From: Thermodesulfobacteriota bacterium
GTDB lineage: Bacteria; Desulfobacterota; Desulfomonilia; UBA1062
Direction of reading: 5' to 3'
Assembly: GCA_025454155.1 (NCBI GenBank)
Contig: JALOOZ010000009.1
Location: 1 to 57,558 of the forward strand
DNA: 57,558 nucleotides
Below are positions 17,309 to 26,070 of this stretch, in pieces; position 1 is the first letter of the stretch, and each line of letters opens with the position of its first letter. Position numbers and translations under genes: made by a program. The notes below the pieces were generated by a model. The model ran no database searches. It saw only the letters and a list, made by a program, of their open reading frames with translations, and was not told where the DNA came from.

Positions 17309-17899
17309 ATGGCACGGAAAAATGTGCAGGAAGAGAGGAAGCTGCAGATCCTCAAGGCCCTGGACGCCTGCCTCCAGGAGAAGTCCTTCGAGAAGACCTC
17401 CATCAAGGACATCGCCCGGGTCGCCGGTGTGAACCACGGGGTGCTCCACTACTACTTCACCGGCAAGGAGGACATCCTCCTGAACTATATCGACTACGTG
17501 ATCGACGATTACCAGAGCCAGGCCCGGGAGTGGCTCGGCAGCCAGGATCTGGGCACGTACACGAAGAGCGGTTTCATCGACGAGGTCTTCGGGTTCATCA
17601 ACAACCGCATCACGCTCAACAGGAATCTCTCGAGGATCTTCGTGGAGATCTGGGAGATCGCCCTGTACAATGGCGAGGTTCGGTCAAAGCTCCAGGAGGC
17701 ATACTCACGTTGGGTCGAGGAGATGGGATCCATGATCTCCCATCACATCGAGGACAAGGTGTTCGCCCGCAATGTGAGCATCGCCATGGTGGCTTTCTGG
17801 GAGGGCATGGCCCTGTTCTCGACCATCTTCCCGCAAGGGTCCCTGGGTATCGAAGAGGTGCTCAAGGGATTTCAGCACAGGATCATCGAGATCCTGTGA
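17309..17899 (+). CDS. TetR/AcrR family transcriptional regulator
   Basis: N-terminal HTH: LQILKALDACLQEKSFEKTSIKDIARVAGVNHGVLHYYFTGKEDI. Confidence 0.9.
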   Translation: MARKNVQEERKLQILKALDACLQEKSFEKTSIKDIARVAGVNHGVLHYYFTGKEDILLNYIDYVIDDYQSQAREWLGSQDLGTYTKSGFIDEVFGFINNRITLNRNLSRIFVEIWEIALYNGEVRSKLQEAYSRWVEEMGSMISHHIEDKVFARNVSIAMVAFWEGMALFSTIFPQGSLGIEEVLKGFQHRIIEIL

Positions 17900-17906
17900 T
17901 GCCTCG

Positions 17907-19079
17907 TCACGAGATCTCCTCGTCGCTCAGGTAGCATGCCGGGTCCTCGGCCCAGGGGTCGCCGCTGGCGGCCTCTGCCCGGGCCCTGAAGTTGCCGGCG
18001 CATACGTCGAGCCAGCGGCAGGTCCTGCAGCGACCCTGCACATGATCCTTCTTGTTCTTGAGCATCACGAGAAACTCGTTGTCGGGATCGTCCCAGATGT
18101 CCGGGAAGGGTTTATTCAGGACATTGCCCAGCACCCGGTGGCGCCAGAACTGGTCCGGGTACACGTCGCCGTCCCAGTTGATGCACCCGATGCCCAGGCC
18201 CGAGGAGTTGCCCGCGTTCATCTTGAGGAGTTCCAGCACCTCCCCGGAACGCGGGTTGCCCTGCCGGACCATGCGCAGGTAGACGTAGGGGCCGTCAGCA
18301 TGGTTGTCCACGGTGAGAACCTCCACGTTCGGGCCTGCATCGATCATCTCTTTCGTGCGGTCCATGATGAGGTCCAGGGTCTGCCGGGTCTGCCCGTGCG
18401 TGAGGTCTTCGGCCATGAGTTCCTTGGCCCTGCCCGTATACACCAGGTGGTAGAAGCAGATCCGGGGAACGCCTTCCTTCCGCATGAGGTCGAAGATCCG
18501 GGGGATCTCGGTGACGTTGCGGCGGTTCATGGTGAAGCGCAGCCCCACCTTGATGCCCTCCCGCATGGAATGGTAGATACCGTTCAGGGCCTGCCTGAAG
18601 GCGCCTTCCACGCCGCGGAAGGAGTCATTGACCTCTTCCAGGCCGTCCAGGCTCACCCCGATGTAGGAAAGGCCCAGGTCGGAAAACCGGAGGGCCATGT
18701 CCCGGTCGATGAGCGTGCCGTTGGTGGAGATGACCGCACGCATGCCGGCCTTCACCGCCGCCTCGATGAGCTTCGGGAGGTCCTTGCGCATGGTGGGCTC
18801 ACCGCCGGAAAAGAGGACGACGGGTGCCCCGTAGTCCGCCAGGGCGGCTATGAGTTCGGTCCCTTCCTTCGTTGAAAGCTCCCGTGCAGCCTTTCCCGCC
18901 GACGCATAGCAGTGCACGCATCGCAGGTTGCAGGCACTGGTGATGTTCCAGACCACCACGGGCTTCTTGTCCGCGGAGAACTGGAGCAGGTGTGATGGGA
19001 GGTCCCTGGACGAGCGGCCGTAGCGCAGGGGGTCCGATGCCTCCACGGTGCCGCAGTAGAGTTTCGATATGCCGATCAT
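17907..19079 (-). CDS. Radical SAM/SPASM protein of the NirJ / AhbC-AhbD type (alternative heme biosynthesis)
   Basis: It has a CNLRCVHCY radical-SAM cluster motif and a C-terminal Cys-rich SPASM region (CRTCRWLDVCAGNFRARA). It is the last gene of the hem/siroheme cluster. I cannot distinguish AhbC from AhbD by eye. Confidence 0.75.
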   Translation of the reverse strand: MIGISKLYCGTVEASDPLRYGRSSRDLPSHLLQFSADKKPVVVWNITSACNLRCVHCYASAGKAARELSTKEGTELIAALADYGAPVVLFSGGEPTMRKDLPKLIEAAVKAGMRAVISTNGTLIDRDMALRFSDLGLSYIGVSLDGLEEVNDSFRGVEGAFRQALNGIYHSMREGIKVGLRFTMNRRNVTEIPRIFDLMRKEGVPRICFYHLVYTGRAKELMAEDLTHGQTRQTLDLIMDRTKEMIDAGPNVEVLTVDNHADGPYVYLRMVRQGNPRSGEVLELLKMNAGNSSGLGIGCINWDGDVYPDQFWRHRVLGNVLNKPFPDIWDDPDNEFLVMLKNKKDHVQGRCRTCRWLDVCAGNFRARAEAASGDPWAEDPACYLSDEEIS

Positions 19080-20557
19080 GGAGCTTCTCCTGTGAGGGCC
19101 CTGATGATGCCCTCGTCGGTGTATTCTGAGGCCGTGACCGCCGCCTTCAGGCCGTGGTTATCCATGGCCTCGGCAGTGACCGGTCCGATGGCCACCAACC
19201 TCTTGGACAGGAGCCTCCCGGGATCGTCCCCAAGCAGTGCCATGGCATGCCGTATGCCCGACGGGCTCGTGAACACGGCGGTGTCCACGGAATCCAGGGC
19301 CGTGATGAACGTCTCCGTGCTCGCAGCCTCCGGGATGACGGTATCGTAGATCATGATCTCGTTCACCGCGGCACCCTGTTTCCGGAGCGCTTCAACGAGC
19401 ACGGGCCGCGCCCCCCGGGCCCGGGGAAGGCAAACCCTCCTGCCGCGGAGGTCTCTGCCCCTGAGGAGCTCCACGATGCCCTCGGCCCGGAATTCGGCCG
19501 CCATGCCGTCTGCAATGACCCCGAAACCCTTCAGGGTGTCCCTGGTCTTGGGGCCGATGCAGTAGACCTCGATCCCTGCCAGCGCACGTGCGTCATTGCC
19601 CACTGCGGAGAGCTTTTCGAAGAACAGGCTGACCGCGTTCTGGGAGGTGAAGATGAGCATGTCATAGGTGCCCGGGTCAGGGATTTCAAAGGGCAGGGCA
19701 GAGATCTCGATGAGGGGGTAGATCACCGCGCGGGCCCCCATGGAGGCGAAGCGCGCCGATGTCTCGTAAGCCAGGTGGGTGGGCCGCGTGATGAGCACGG
19801 ACATACCCGAGAGCGGGAGTTCGCTCCCCCGATAGAGTTTTTCGCTCAGGCTCACGACCTGGCCAACCACCACGATGCATGGCGATCCTATCTTGTGCCT
19901 GTCAGCCTCTTCACCTGCCGAGGAGAGGGTGGAGACGATGTGGCGCTGCCGTGGCGTGGTGGCGTCCTGGACCAGTGCGCAGGGGGTGTCCGGTGACATG
20001 CCCTGCCCCATGAGCTTCTCGGCAATGGCGGATATCCGGCCGGCGCCCATGAGAAAGATTATGGTGCCGGGCTCTTTCGCGAGGAGAGACCAGTCGAGGA
20101 AGCCGGACTCCTTGGCGGGGTCCTCGTGGGCCGTGACAAAGGTGACCGATGCCGCCATGCCGCGGTGGGTGGGCGGGATGCCGGCGCTGACTGGTCCCGC
20201 AATGGCCGAGGTGATGCCCGGGACGATCTCGAAGGGGATGCCATGCTCGTGCAGATGCAGCGCCTCTTCGCCTCCGCGGCCGAAGATGCACGGGTCCCCG
20301 CCCTTGATCCTGGCGACGGTGTGCCCCTCTGACGCGAGCCTCACCAGCAGTTCGTTGATCTGGGCCTGTTTCATGTACTCTTTGCCGCCTCGCTTGCCGA
20401 CGTAGATCTTCCGTGCATTCGCTGGGGCAAGCCCCAGGATCTCCCCGGGGATGAGGTCGTCGTAGACAACCGCGTCGCATCCTTCGAGGATGCGTCTGGC
20501 CTTGACCGTGATGAGCTCCGGGTCACCGGGACCCGACCCGATGAGATAGACCTTCAT
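19076..20557 (-). CDS. cobA: Bifunctional uroporphyrinogen-III C-methyltransferase / uroporphyrinogen-III synthase
   Basis: The N-terminus (MKVYLIGSGPGDPELITVKARRILEGCDAVVYDDL) is the SUMT signature. The ~250 aa C-terminal half is HemD-like. It overlaps its neighbours by 4 nt. Confidence 0.9.
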   Translation of the reverse strand: MKVYLIGSGPGDPELITVKARRILEGCDAVVYDDLIPGEILGLAPANARKIYVGKRGGKEYMKQAQINELLVRLASEGHTVARIKGGDPCIFGRGGEEALHLHEHGIPFEIVPGITSAIAGPVSAGIPPTHRGMAASVTFVTAHEDPAKESGFLDWSLLAKEPGTIIFLMGAGRISAIAEKLMGQGMSPDTPCALVQDATTPRQRHIVSTLSSAGEEADRHKIGSPCIVVVGQVVSLSEKLYRGSELPLSGMSVLITRPTHLAYETSARFASMGARAVIYPLIEISALPFEIPDPGTYDMLIFTSQNAVSLFFEKLSAVGNDARALAGIEVYCIGPKTRDTLKGFGVIADGMAAEFRAEGIVELLRGRDLRGRRVCLPRARGARPVLVEALRKQGAAVNEIMIYDTVIPEAASTETFITALDSVDTAVFTSPSGIRHAMALLGDDPGRLLSKRLVAIGPVTAEAMDNHGLKAAVTASEYTDEGIIRALTGEAP

Positions 20558-21444
20558 GGTTCTTCTTCCTTGTGTATCCTTTCCTGGAGTTTTCTTGCCA
20601 GGAGCCTTCCCACACTGGGGGATAGGCCTCTCAGCATCATCCGCACACAGCAGGCCTCGTCCGTCGAGCCGAGCATGCCTGCCATGGAGATCTCTGTGCC
20701 GGACACCTCGGCCAGCGCCCCTGCCGGCAGGTTGCAGTCCTGGCCAAGGGTGGCGAGGAAGGCCCTTTCAGCCTCGGCGCAGGCCCTTGTGGGTGCGTGG
20801 TCGAGGGCCGCGAGGATTTCACTGATCTCCTGATCCTGTGCCCTGCACTCCACGGCGATGATGCCCTGGCCGGGTGAAGGTATCATTGTTCCGGGATCCA
20901 TGGCAATGCCCAGAGGAAGCCCGAGCCTGATGACCCCGGCCGCAGCCAGGATGACCGCGTCGACGGAGGCGCCCACCTTGCCCAGCCGCGTGGTCACGTT
21001 TCCCCTGATGTCCACCACCACGAGGTCGGGCCGGACCTGCCTGAGCTGGCATCGCCTGCGCATGCTTGACGTGCCGATGCGGGAACCCGGCGGCAGGCTG
21101 TCCAGGCTGTGGCCCCCACACGAAAAGAGCATGTCCCGGGGGTCTTCCCTGGGGAGGAATGCGCCGATCGAGAGGCTTTCCGGCAGGATAGCCTGCATGT
21201 CCTTGAGGCTGTGGACAGCCATGTCGATGCGGTTCTCCAGGAGACGGCACTCGATGTCCTTGACGAACACGCCCTTGCCGCCGATGGCGTCCAATGGGGC
21301 ATCGGCAAGGATGTCGCCGGTGGTCCGCACGGTGATGATCTCGGTGGCCGCCTGCGGCGCCGCATCCCGCAGCGCCGATCTGACCATCTCCGTCTGGGCA
21401 AGGGCCAGCGCGCTACCCCTTGTGCCGATCCGTATAGTCCTCAT
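20554..21444 (-). CDS. hemC: Hydroxymethylbilane synthase (porphobilinogen deaminase)
   Basis: MRTIRIGTRGSALALAQTEMV...VHSLKDM...IGTSSMRRRCQL. Confidence 0.92.
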   Translation of the reverse strand: MRTIRIGTRGSALALAQTEMVRSALRDAAPQAATEIITVRTTGDILADAPLDAIGGKGVFVKDIECRLLENRIDMAVHSLKDMQAILPESLSIGAFLPREDPRDMLFSCGGHSLDSLPPGSRIGTSSMRRRCQLRQVRPDLVVVDIRGNVTTRLGKVGASVDAVILAAAGVIRLGLPLGIAMDPGTMIPSPGQGIIAVECRAQDQEISEILAALDHAPTRACAEAERAFLATLGQDCNLPAGALAEVSGTEISMAGMLGSTDEACCVRMMLRGLSPSVGRLLARKLQERIHKEEEP

Positions 21445-22648
21445 CGAGCTTGAATACCCTCCGCACGTATTCGATATATCTGACGCCCGGGTGCTCCTTC
21501 AGGAAGCTCACGGGACGATGGAGCAGCCGTTTGTAGGATGACTTCAGGTGCCGCTCCAGAACGGCCTTCTCCTCTTGGGGGATCGACTGCCCCCTCAGCT
21601 GCTCGGCGACATGGGCGTCCATGAGGGCGAAGAGATCCCTGATGGTGGACTGGGCGGAAAGGGAGTCCAGCCACTTACCGAACTTGACGGACTCCTCTTC
21701 GACGATGGAGAAGGCCTTCTTTGCCTCGGTCTCGCGGTGGGCGAAGTGCCTGTCCACGATGGCCTTCAGGGCGTCGATGTCATAGAGGTAGCAGTTGTAG
21801 CACTTCCCTGCCGACTCCTCCACGTCCCGGGGTACCGCGATGTCGATGATGATGATGGGCCGGTTCTTCCTGAGTTTCATGGCGGTTGCCACCATGTCCC
21901 TGGTGATGATGGGCCGGACGGACCCGGTGGAGGAGATGACGATGTCGCTGGTGACAAGCTCGTCGGCAAGGTTCTCGAAGGTGCAGGCGATGCCGCCGAG
22001 ATCATCCGCAAGCCGGCATGCTGCAGCGTGGGTCCTGTTCACGATGCGCAGGTGCCTTGCCCCCCTGTCCCTGAGGCGCCTTGCCGCTATGTCGGCCATG
22101 TCCCCGGCGCCCACCACCAGCACGGTACTCCCGCCGATGTCCCCGAAGATGTGCTCGGCCAGCTCCACGGCCTGGGATGCCACCGACACGGAGTACGTGC
22201 CGATGCCGGTCTCGGTCCGGATGCGTTTCGCCGCCCTGAAGGCCCGGTGAAGGGCCTTGTTCAGGATGGTATCCGTGGTGCCCGCTGCCAGGGCCTGGCG
22301 GTACGCGTCCTTCATCTGACCCAGGATCTGGGTCTCGCCGAGGACCAGGGAGTCCAGGCCCGAGGCAACCATGAAGAGGTGGCGGATGGTTTCCTCCCCG
22401 GCGAAGAACTCACAGGCTCCCCTGATGCTGCTCTCTTCGCATCCGGAAAGCCTTCCGAGCAGGAAACAGACTGTCTCGACTTCCAGGCCGGTCCAGTAGA
22501 CCTCGGTCCGGTTGCAGGTATTGATCGCAAAAGCCTCGGAGTCCTTCCCGAGGATGCCCTTGAGCTCGGCGGGCTCCACCCGGATCCGCTCCCTGATGTC
22601 CACGGGGGCGTTCCGGTGGTTGATGCTGATGCAGAAGATTCTTTCCAT
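21413..22648 (-). CDS. hemA: Glutamyl-tRNA reductase
   Basis: ISINHRNAPVDIRE, NTCNRTEVY (catalytic Cys) and LVVGAGDMA NADPH-binding site. Confidence 0.92.
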   Translation of the reverse strand: MERIFCISINHRNAPVDIRERIRVEPAELKGILGKDSEAFAINTCNRTEVYWTGLEVETVCFLLGRLSGCEESSIRGACEFFAGEETIRHLFMVASGLDSLVLGETQILGQMKDAYRQALAAGTTDTILNKALHRAFRAAKRIRTETGIGTYSVSVASQAVELAEHIFGDIGGSTVLVVGAGDMADIAARRLRDRGARHLRIVNRTHAAACRLADDLGGIACTFENLADELVTSDIVISSTGSVRPIITRDMVATAMKLRKNRPIIIIDIAVPRDVEESAGKCYNCYLYDIDALKAIVDRHFAHRETEAKKAFSIVEEESVKFGKWLDSLSAQSTIRDLFALMDAHVAEQLRGQSIPQEEKAVLERHLKSSYKRLLHRPVSFLKEHPGVRYIEYVRRVFKLDEDYTDRHKG

Positions 22649-23460
22649 CAGATGAGCCTGATTCCGTGCGATTCAGGGAAGGCCGCATTGATCCCCACGA
22701 AGAGAAGCACCATGAGGATGAAACCGAGGAGGGTTATGATGGCGGTGCGCCTGCCCTTCCAGCCGAGGGCGAACCTCTGGTGCAGGCTCAGGCCGAACAC
22801 GAGCCACATCAGGGCCCCTGCCAGAACCTTGGGTGCGATGCTCGCCAAGGCGATACCCACCGCGGAGGCCCAGAGCCCGCCGAGGATCATGCCCGCCGTG
22901 ATGGAAAAAAAGCCGAGGGCCAGTGAACCGTACAGGATGCCGTCCAGCAGGGTCAGGGGAGGCAGTCGGGACAGCCTCAGGTGAATGGAGCCTTTCTGGA
23001 TGATCCGCTCGTGAATGAGGTATACGACGGAGACGATGGCGGCGACTACGAAGAACGCCTCCCCGGCGATGACGCTCAGGGTGTGCAGCACGTACCAGGT
23101 GCGGTGTGGACCCAGCAGGACCTCCGTGCCCGCCTGCAGGGAAGGGGCGATGAAGGCAAGCACGATGGAGGCGGCCGGCAGGAAGAAGGCTGCGAGGATG
23201 GCGGTCTTTCTTTTGAACACCAGGGGCATGAATGCCACCGATGAGAAGAGGATGAGCATGTTGAGGGCTTCCATGGGCGTTGCCACCGGGAGCTGACCGG
23301 ATGCCCGCCAGAGGGTGGAGAAGGAGAGCGCGTGTGCGGCAATGCTCAAGCCGTAGAGGATCTTCAGGGCGAGCAGGAGGGCGTCAGCCCGGACAAAGAG
23401 GTAGGTGATGAAGCCCAGACCCGTCAGGGTGTAGAGGATGAATGCCGCTGTTATGCTCAT
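22648..23460 (-). CDS. HemX/CcsA-like cytochrome c assembly family membrane protein
   Basis: A polytopic ~270 aa membrane protein sits directly upstream of hemA, as in hemAX-type operons. Confidence 0.7.
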   Translation of the reverse strand: MSITAAFILYTLTGLGFITYLFVRADALLLALKILYGLSIAAHALSFSTLWRASGQLPVATPMEALNMLILFSSVAFMPLVFKRKTAILAAFFLPAASIVLAFIAPSLQAGTEVLLGPHRTWYVLHTLSVIAGEAFFVVAAIVSVVYLIHERIIQKGSIHLRLSRLPPLTLLDGILYGSLALGFFSITAGMILGGLWASAVGIALASIAPKVLAGALMWLVFGLSLHQRFALGWKGRRTAIITLLGFILMVLLFVGINAAFPESHGIRLI

Positions 23461-24119
23461 GGGATGATCTCCGAGAGGTCCATATGCTGCCCCAGTGCCT
23501 GGAAGAGAATATCCTCGGCAAGAGATCGGTCGCCTGCACGGATGGCATCGAGGAGCTCCGAGTCGATGAGCAGCTCGAAGACCCTCTTGTGGTCTTCCGC
23601 AGGCCCTCCGTGAGACCGGACAATGGGGCGCACCATGCCCATGATGGCGGCGAGGACAACATACTCATCGCCGATGTTCTTTCCGATGAGCAGGCGCAGT
23701 CTCCGGGACAGGGCAGGGGAGAGCCCCCCCGTGGATATGGCAACTTTGATGGGGCCCCTTTCAACAACCGAGGGCACGATGAAGGAACAGAGTTCCGGCA
23801 TGTCCACCACGTTGCAGAAGAGACGCCTCTGCCCGGCCTCTTGGCTCACTGCACGGTTGATCTTCTCGTCGTCGGTGGCCGCGATGACCAGGAAGGCGTC
23901 CTCGAGATCATCCTCCTCATATTCGCGCAGTTCAACATCGACATCTTGGCATGCGGCAATCTCGCCGGTCACTTCGGGGGCGATGACCTTCACCCGGGCG
24001 CCCGCCTTGAGCAGTGACTCCACCTTGCGGGCTGCGACGATACCCCCGCCCACGACTACCGCGAGCCTGCCCCTGAGGTCGATGAAGATGGGCAGGTAAG
24101 GATTCTCAGAATGATCCAT
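23457..24119 (-). CDS. sirC: Precorrin-2 dehydrogenase / sirohydrochlorin ferrochelatase (SirC/CysG N-terminal type)
   Basis: LPIFIDLRGRLAVVVGGGIVAARKVESLLKAGARVKVIAPE is the characteristic Rossmann start. Confidence 0.85.
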   Translation of the reverse strand: MDHSENPYLPIFIDLRGRLAVVVGGGIVAARKVESLLKAGARVKVIAPEVTGEIAACQDVDVELREYEEDDLEDAFLVIAATDDEKINRAVSQEAGQRRLFCNVVDMPELCSFIVPSVVERGPIKVAISTGGLSPALSRRLRLLIGKNIGDEYVVLAAIMGMVRPIVRSHGGPAEDHKRVFELLIDSELLDAIRAGDRSLAEDILFQALGQHMDLSEIIP

Positions 24120-24125
24120 ATGTCC

Positions 24126-24914
24126 TCAGCAGACCTCGCGCAACCAGGACCGGATCACCTGCATGATCCGTGGGTCTTTTCTCAGCTGGTGACCTGCGCC
24201 TTCCAGGATGGTCAGCTTTTTGGGCTCCCATGCCGCAGCAAAGAGTTTTTCCGCATGGCCGACGGGGACGGTCTCGTCGCAGTCGCCATGCACGACACCA
24301 ACGGGACGGGGATGGACGAACGGCAGCCAGTGGGCAGGGTTCACATCCAGGAAATCCTGGTACCATGCGCAGAGATCATGGGGGAACGACTCCTCGCGAA
24401 TGGTCCCTATTGCCCTGAAGTGATCTTTCAGGAGCGATGGATCGGCAGGCAGGATGTCCGCGAAGTTCTGCGGGGATGCCATAAGGAGCAGGCTTGACAC
24501 TTCCTTCTGGTAGGATACGATCTTGGCTGCAACGGCTCCTCCTGCGGAGAATCCTATGCAGTGAATGGAAGCGGGGTCGATGCCGGGGGACCCGTGAACC
24601 GCATCGATGACGGCATCCAGGTCATGATACCACCCTCGCATGTCTATGTTCCCTCCGGACAGGCCGCAACCCCTGAAATTGAACGTGGCGCAGGCAAATC
24701 CAAGCCCTGTGCATTCTTCGATGATGGGGAGATACCCCGTATCATGGGGGTCGGGTGTCGAGCCTGGAATACCATGGCAGAAGATAATCGCGGGTAAGAG
24801 TCTTTTCGGTGCAGGCTCAGGAAAGTAGAGCCATGCCCTGATTTTTATCCCCTCCCTGCTGAGTGTCAACTCTCTCGATCTCATCCTGCAGCAGCTTGTA
24901 TCTCCTGTATACAT
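24126..24914 (-). CDS. Alpha/beta hydrolase
   Basis: It has a nucleophile elbow (GFSAGG), HG near the N-terminus (FCHGIPG) and a C-terminal GAGH. The start is uncertain because the ORF overlaps the upstream gene by up to 98 nt. Candidate starts are ATG 24914, ATG 24884 and TTG 24869. Confidence 0.75.
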   Translation of the reverse strand: MYTGDTSCCRMRSRELTLSREGIKIRAWLYFPEPAPKRLLPAIIFCHGIPGSTPDPHDTGYLPIIEECTGLGFACATFNFRGCGLSGGNIDMRGWYHDLDAVIDAVHGSPGIDPASIHCIGFSAGGAVAAKIVSYQKEVSSLLLMASPQNFADILPADPSLLKDHFRAIGTIREESFPHDLCAWYQDFLDVNPAHWLPFVHPRPVGVVHGDCDETVPVGHAEKLFAAAWEPKKLTILEGAGHQLRKDPRIMQVIRSWLREVC

Positions 24915-25956
24915 GAGCCCAAGCCTTGAGCTCGTTTTCGTCCAGCACCAGCTCCTCGTTGTCGGGGTAGGCCCTCACGGGAATCCTGTTGGACTGTGCT
25001 AGCTGACGTATGGCTGATTCGGGTATCCCCAGGAGACTGGATGCATCCTCAATGGATATGCGGGACTTCCTGCCCCCGCCGACCTTCTTGAATACGAAGG
25101 TCTGAAGGATGGTCTTCTTGGCCTGATCAGGGTCGATGCCATATGCCTTGTCCATGAGAGGGAGATACTCCCGGTCCATCTGATACTTGATGTTGGCGAG
25201 CTCAATGAGTGCCCTGACATCATCCTGATACTCGTGGAGCATCTTTTCCAGGATGTCATATGCACGCTCCATATCGTTGAGAAAGAAGTGGATCTCGGAG
25301 AGGTAAAGGTAGGTGTCCTTCTCCCTGTCGCCGAGCTCCATGGCCCGGTTGAACATTTCCAGGGCAAGGTCGAGGTGGCCCAGCTCCCGGTGGCAGATAC
25401 CGATGAGCTTGGAGATGAAGGGGCTCGTGGAGCACAGGACATTGGCCTTTTCCAGGTCATCTGCCGCGATGGTGTAGTAACCCTGCGACATCTTCTCCGT
25501 CGCCCGGCTCATGAAGATCTTGAAACGCTCTTCGAAGCTCTTGGAACTCAGGCTTTTCGAGCCGTCCTTGAAATGGAACCCAGACGTGCACAGGTCGATG
25601 AATTCCCGGTTCTCATGGAGCTCTTCTTCGGTATTGAGGGCATCGATGACCCGCTGGCACAGATTCTTAATGGGCAGCATGGTGTCGGTCTTGTTCGCCA
25701 CGAACAGGCCGACGCTCAGGGCCTCGTTCTTTTCGATCTCGGAGAGGTGCTTGGCCTCGCCGATGAGCTCCTTGAAGAAGAAGTTCGCCATTTCTTTCGA
25801 GTTGGAGATGGGCAGCACCATGGCCGACTTATACTCACCTCCGGGGCAGGTATACTCGAAGCTCAGCCAGAGCTCGCGATATTCGGTGTCTATCCGCTCG
25901 ACTTCCACGGAGATGAGTTCGATAAGTCCTCTCGGATGTTCAAGTTTGCCCCGCAT
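24817..25956 (-). CDS. Three-part protein: unknown N-terminal domain, TPR repeats, C-terminal excisionase/MerR-like HTH
   Basis: The central region has TPR-like helices (CHRELGHLDLALEMFNRAMELGD..., YLYLSEIHFFLNDMERAYDILEKML). The C-terminal ISIEDASSLLGIPESAIRQLAQSNRIPV resembles HTH_17/excisionase. Confidence 0.6.
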   Translation of the reverse strand: MRGKLEHPRGLIELISVEVERIDTEYRELWLSFEYTCPGGEYKSAMVLPISNSKEMANFFFKELIGEAKHLSEIEKNEALSVGLFVANKTDTMLPIKNLCQRVIDALNTEEELHENREFIDLCTSGFHFKDGSKSLSSKSFEERFKIFMSRATEKMSQGYYTIAADDLEKANVLCSTSPFISKLIGICHRELGHLDLALEMFNRAMELGDREKDTYLYLSEIHFFLNDMERAYDILEKMLHEYQDDVRALIELANIKYQMDREYLPLMDKAYGIDPDQAKKTILQTFVFKKVGGGRKSRISIEDASSLLGIPESAIRQLAQSNRIPVRAYPDNEELVLDENELKAWAHVYRRYKLLQDEIERVDTQQGGDKNQGMALLS

Positions 25957-26070
25957 GTCTTACGATGTATGCCGTGGGGCCTGAAAAGTCAACCAATTCG
26001 CATCGGGAGCCCCAAAGACCCTATAGAAATGGAGAATATTTTATGCTAGCCAGAAATCGGAGGTGATTGC

